A stretch of DNA of 64,000 nucleotides from Promethearchaeota archaeon (lineage in GTDB: Archaea > Asgardarchaeota > Lokiarchaeia > Sigyniarchaeales > SOKP01). The notes below the pieces were generated by a model. It made no database searches. It was given only the letters and a program-made list of their open reading frames with translations, and was not told the DNA's origin. Positions 60,317 through 64,000 of the stretch are shown piece by piece. Made by a program: the position numbers and the translations under genes. The stretch is from assembly GCA_048937405.1 (NCBI GenBank), contig JBHLNF010000001.1, positions 944,785 through 1,008,784 on the forward strand, in the 5' to 3' direction. Each line of letters begins with the position of its first letter. Within the stretch, counting starts at the first letter, position 1.

Positions 60317-61567
60317 TTAAATTTGTTCTAATCTGAAAATTTTATCATTCTTTTTAACAGGATTATCAACTATTATTCCAACAGCTATTCGATCTTTATT
60401 AGAAGTGACTAATGGAGTTTCGGTTAAATTTTTCTTTTGCTTAATCTGAATGGAGCTAATCTTTTGTCTTAAATATGTATCTGTATGTGTTCCAATAATG
60501 AAAATTTCATCATTTAATTTTAGTTTCCCTGATGTTAGAAGAATTTTAGCAGCATTTTTTTCTGGAAAATAATTTATAACTTTTCCAATCTCAACTTTTT
60601 TATAATTTGAGATATTTCCATCAAATTTCCTTTGTATTTCACTACCTTTTGGTAATCCGAAATAAAAACCAGTAGAAAAACCCCTATTATATACTTTATT
60701 CAAGCGTTTTAACCAATTTTTGACTTTTTCTTGTGTGAAATCATTGTCATAATATGCCTCAATAGCTTCTTTATAACATTTAGTTGTCTCTTCTATATAG
60801 ATTGGATCCCTCATTCGACCTTCGATTTTAAATGCATCTATTTTCGCATTAATTAATTTTGGGATATGTTCGATCATACAAAGATCTTTTGTGTTGATAA
60901 AGAATACTCCATCATACAGTAATTCATTATTTTGATCATCATAAACACGCCATTTTCTTCTACATGGCTGAATGCATTTCCCTCGATTTGCCGAATAATC
61001 TTGAGATTCGCAAATTTCAGCAGAAAAATAGCATCGTCCTGAGATTGAAGTACATTGAGCTCCATGGATAAAAGTTTCAATTTCAATTTTACCTACTTTT
61101 TTTTTAATTTCTTTAATTTGTTCTAATGCTAATTCTCTTGCTAGAATTAATCTCTTAGCTCCAATAGATTCATAGAATAGTGCTGTTTGAGAATTTGAAA
61201 TGTTTGCTTGAGTAGAAATATGAAAATCTAAACCTTTTTCTTTAGTAATTTGAATAGCCCCTATGTCATGAATGATTACAGCATCAATTTCTGACTCTAC
61301 GGCTTTATCTAATATTTGTTCTAAAAGAGGGACCTCATTTTCATAAATTATTATATTAGTCGTCAGATATGCGTTAATATTATGATTATGACATGTTTTG
61401 ACAATATCATTTAGATCTTCTAGTTTAAAATTATCACTAAACATTCTCATATTAAGCGATTCTATGCCAAAATACACAGCATCAGCTTTTCCTAGTACAG
61501 CATTTAAAGATTTATAGTTTTTTAATGGAGCCATTAATTCTACTTTTTTTCTGGAGGGATCTATCAT
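60317..61567 (-). CDS. U32 peptidase-family protein (RNA hydroxylation type)
   Basis: ELMAP, HISTQAN, ILAREL, HGAQCTSISGRC, NRGKCIQPCR, KIEGRMR. Confidence 0.92.
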   Translation of the reverse strand: MIDPSRKKVELMAPLKNYKSLNAVLGKADAVYFGIESLNMRMFSDNFKLEDLNDIVKTCHNHNINAYLTTNIIIYENEVPLLEQILDKAVESEIDAVIIHDIGAIQITKEKGLDFHISTQANISNSQTALFYESIGAKRLILARELALEQIKEIKKKVGKIEIETFIHGAQCTSISGRCYFSAEICESQDYSANRGKCIQPCRRKWRVYDDQNNELLYDGVFFINTKDLCMIEHIPKLINAKIDAFKIEGRMRDPIYIEETTKCYKEAIEAYYDNDFTQEKVKNWLKRLNKVYNRGFSTGFYFGLPKGSEIQRKFDGNISNYKKVEIGKVINYFPEKNAAKILLTSGKLKLNDEIFIIGTHTDTYLRQKISSIQIKQKKNLTETPLVTSNKDRIAVGIIVDNPVKKNDKIFRLEQI

Positions 61568-61852
61568 TATATTTTTCCGTTTCTAAGGATTTGATTCCAG
61601 ATTTTATTAAATTTAAATAATTTCACATTGACTAAATATCTAACCTGAAAATTAATTTAATTTTTTTTTAAGAAAATTAGATTAATATTTTGGTTGTTTT
61701 TTTGATTTTACACTTCAAATCCAGATAATTTCTTATATCAATAATTTTTTTGTGATATTCGATAAGACATTTGATTTTTTGATTCCTATATTGATTTAAT
61801 GATTGCATAATATTAAATACTAATTTGACCAAAATATACATAATCCATAAAT

Positions 61853-63751
61853 TTGTTTATTTTTAAAAAAATGGTAATATCTTTAAACTCACAAAAAAAA
61901 GGATATAAACAAATATTATCATTAATTATAAGTATTTTAATATTTCAAGCGATTTTTCCTTATATAAAGGCAGACATTCTGAGCGATGGACCTTTAGAGA
62001 TATCAACACCCCAAAATTCTTTTAACGTCTTTATAGGTAGTAGTATTACTATAACTTGGAGTTTTGAGGTTCCCTCTCATGAATATGCGGTATATTGGGA
62101 AATAATTGGAAATGGTGTCAATAAAAGTGGGTGGGGTCTAACTGCAAATTGTACAACGCCGGTTGTAACTTCTGATGGTAGTGTGTGGACTTATAATTGT
62201 AGTGGATATTATGCAAAATTTCATGTGTGGTGTACCGTATCTGTCATAGGTCAAGAAATAGTGAGTGGTAGAGAGAACGACGGAATTGATGGTATTTACT
62301 CTCAGAAAGTTAATTCTAATGGTGTAACCCGCTGGACTGCGGATGGTAAAGCCATCTGTAGGGCAAGTGGAGACCAAAAAAATCCCCAAATTGTCAGTGA
62401 TGGAGTTGGAGGAGCAATTATTACTTGGGAGGAATCTGATATTTATGCCCAAAAGATAAATTCTAATGGTGAAATCCAATGGACTAAAAATGGTGTAGAA
62501 ATTTGCACATCAAATGGTAATCAAAATTCACCCCAACTAATTAGTGATGGAGCGGGAGGAGCAATTATTACTTGGACGGATAATAGAGACGGAACTAATG
62601 ATATTTACGCTCAGATGGTTAATTCTACCGGTGATATTCAATGGACTAAAAATGGTGTAGAAATTTGCTCATCAAATGGTAATCAAAATTCACCCCAAAT
62701 TATCAGTGATGGAACAGAGGGAGCAATTATTACTTGGACGGATAATAGAGGTGGAACTAATGATATTTACGCTCAAAGAATTAACTCTACCGGTGATATC
62801 CAATGGACTCCTAACGGTATCGCAATCTGCACGGCAAATAGTAATCAAAATTCTCCTCAACTAGTTAGTGATGGAGCAGGAGGAGCAATTATAACTTGGC
62901 AAGATAAAAGAAATGGAACATATTATGATATTTACGCTCAGATGGTTAATTCTAATGGTGATATCCAATGGACTACTCCTAACGGTACCGCAATCTGTAC
63001 GGAAAAAAATAATCAAGAAAGACCTCAAATAGTAAATATTAGTGCAGGTGGTGCAATTATAACTTGGCAAGATAAAAGAAATGGAACATATTATGATATT
63101 TACGCTCAGATGGTTAATTCTAATGGTGATATCCAATGGACTCCTAACGGTACTGCTATATGCACAGCAATTAGAGACCAAATATCCCCTCAACTTGTTA
63201 GTAATGAAACAGGAGGAGTAATTATTACATGGTCTGATTATAAATCAGGTAATTGGGATATCTATGCTCAGAGAATTAACTCTAGCAGCGATATCCAATG
63301 GAGTCCCAATGGTACGGCAATCTGCACGGCAAATAGTAGTCAAATATCCCCTCAAATTGTCAGTGATGGAGCAGGAGGAGCAATGGTCATATGGGAGGAT
63401 TATAGATACAATGATTATGATATCTATATTCAAAAAATCAATCTTAACGGTGTAATTCAATGGAATACCAATGGTCTCGCAATCTGCACAGAAACTGGAG
63501 ACCAAATTTCCCCTCAACTTGTCAATGATGGATCAGGTGGTGTAATTACTACTTGGGATGATGGAAGAAGCGAAGAAGAGCCAGAACCAGAGCCAGAACC
63601 AGAGCCTGAGCCAGAACCAGAACCAGAAAAAAAACCATATTACCCGGGATTTCCTCCTTATGTTATTTTAATTGTATTTTCATTAAGTGTGGTTGTAAGT
63701 GTTATCATATTCCATAAAAAGCTTAAAAGACTAAAATCAAAAAAAAATTAA
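61853..63751 (+). CDS. Secreted, membrane-anchored surface protein with 8 repeats of about 55 aa, Pro-Glu linker and C-terminal TM anchor
   Basis: Signal-like N-terminus; repeats DIYAQ.INS.G.IQW..NG..IC.....Q..PQ..SDG.GGAIITW; (EP)n; TM plus basic tail. Start may be ATG 61871. Confidence 0.85.
   Translation: MFIFKKMVISLNSQKKGYKQILSLIISILIFQAIFPYIKADILSDGPLEISTPQNSFNVFIGSSITITWSFEVPSHEYAVYWEIIGNGVNKSGWGLTANCTTPVVTSDGSVWTYNCSGYYAKFHVWCTVSVIGQEIVSGRENDGIDGIYSQKVNSNGVTRWTADGKAICRASGDQKNPQIVSDGVGGAIITWEESDIYAQKINSNGEIQWTKNGVEICTSNGNQNSPQLISDGAGGAIITWTDNRDGTNDIYAQMVNSTGDIQWTKNGVEICSSNGNQNSPQIISDGTEGAIITWTDNRGGTNDIYAQRINSTGDIQWTPNGIAICTANSNQNSPQLVSDGAGGAIITWQDKRNGTYYDIYAQMVNSNGDIQWTTPNGTAICTEKNNQERPQIVNISAGGAIITWQDKRNGTYYDIYAQMVNSNGDIQWTPNGTAICTAIRDQISPQLVSNETGGVIITWSDYKSGNWDIYAQRINSSSDIQWSPNGTAICTANSSQISPQIVSDGAGGAMVIWEDYRYNDYDIYIQKINLNGVIQWNTNGLAICTETGDQISPQLVNDGSGGVITTWDDGRSEEEPEPEPEPEPEPEPEPEKKPYYPGFPPYVILIVFSLSVVVSVIIFHKKLKRLKSKKN
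63575..63628 (+). repeat. (Glu-Pro)n coding microsatellite
   Basis: gagccagaacca hexamer-type units. Confidence 0.85.
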
Positions 63752-63754
63752 TTC

Positions 63755-64000
63755 ATGCTGATAGAAATGGTTAATTCAGTAAATTATAAGCATAAACGAA
63801 CTAGAATAAGTCTACTTTTTATTATGGCATTATTATTTGGCCAAGTCTTTACTCCTCAAGTTAAAGCTGATGACGAAGATGGACCTCTTAAGATTAGTAA
63901 TGAAGGCTGGATTCAAATACAAGTCAATACAAGTACTACACTTTTTTGGCAGTTTCAAGTTAATACTAATGAACTTGCGATATACTGGGAAATATTAGGA
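63755..64000 (+). CDS. Partial ORF, paralog of the N-terminal domain of 61853..63751
   Basis: ...VKADDEDGPLKIS...TLFWQFQVNTNELAIYWEILG versus IKADILSDGPLEIS...TITWSFEVPSHEYAVYWEIIG; ATG at 63755 or 63767. Confidence 0.8.
   Translation, partial: MLIEMVNSVNYKHKRTRISLLFIMALLFGQVFTPQVKADDEDGPLKISNEGWIQIQVNTSTTLFWQFQVNTNELAIYWEILG

Noticed and set aside
1955-63517. Short antisense or overlapping ORFs in the track (e.g. 1955, 6292, 14377, 24385, 28608, 40520, 52753, 57227, 62138)
   Set aside because: They overlap well-supported genes and show no motifs; treated as shadow ORFs
62290-63560. CRISPR array or DGR template/variable repeats
   Set aside because: Repeats are in-frame coding units of 162-168 nt, differences are not adenine-specific, and no reverse transcriptase or cas gene is in the window

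Overview
Very AT-rich archaeal chromosome segment, almost certainly Asgard archaea (Lokiarchaeia-like). It combines archaeal information genes (rpoE1-spt4-DUF359-rps24e-rps27ae-kae1-bud32; rps6e, rpl24e, rpl7ae, rps28e, taw1) with eukaryotic-signature proteins (Rab-like and Arf/Rag-like small GTPases, two roadblock proteins, two gelsolin-domain proteins) and metabolic genes (acs, E1 alpha/beta, fae-hps, acyl-CoA ligase). The main result is missing from the ORF track: the RNA polymerase subunit gene rpo10/rpoN (52470-52701, +) is split by a 31-nt insertion (52621-52651) carrying in-frame TAG TAA stops and a frameshift. The insertion folds into a near-canonical bulge-helix-bulge (BHB) motif, and cutting at the standard tRNA-splicing-endonuclease positions restores the conserved ...CCKRMIV-S-HVDLIDELL... 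sequence. This is a candidate BHB-type mRNA intron in a core polymerase gene. Convergent with it, 23 bp away, is a free-standing double-motif LAGLIDADG endonuclease gene broken by an exact 41-bp tandem duplication, which suggests an intron/homing-endonuclease partnership. Other observations: rpl7ae probably starts at ATT behind a K-turn-like leader; an IS607 derivative with an internally deleted tnpA and an intact tnpB; an orphan tnpB 3'-end remnant; a winged-helix insertion in Taw1; a surface protein with 8 recently expanded repeats. No tRNA, rRNA or CRISPR array was recognised. All calls come from reading the sequence; no database search was run.
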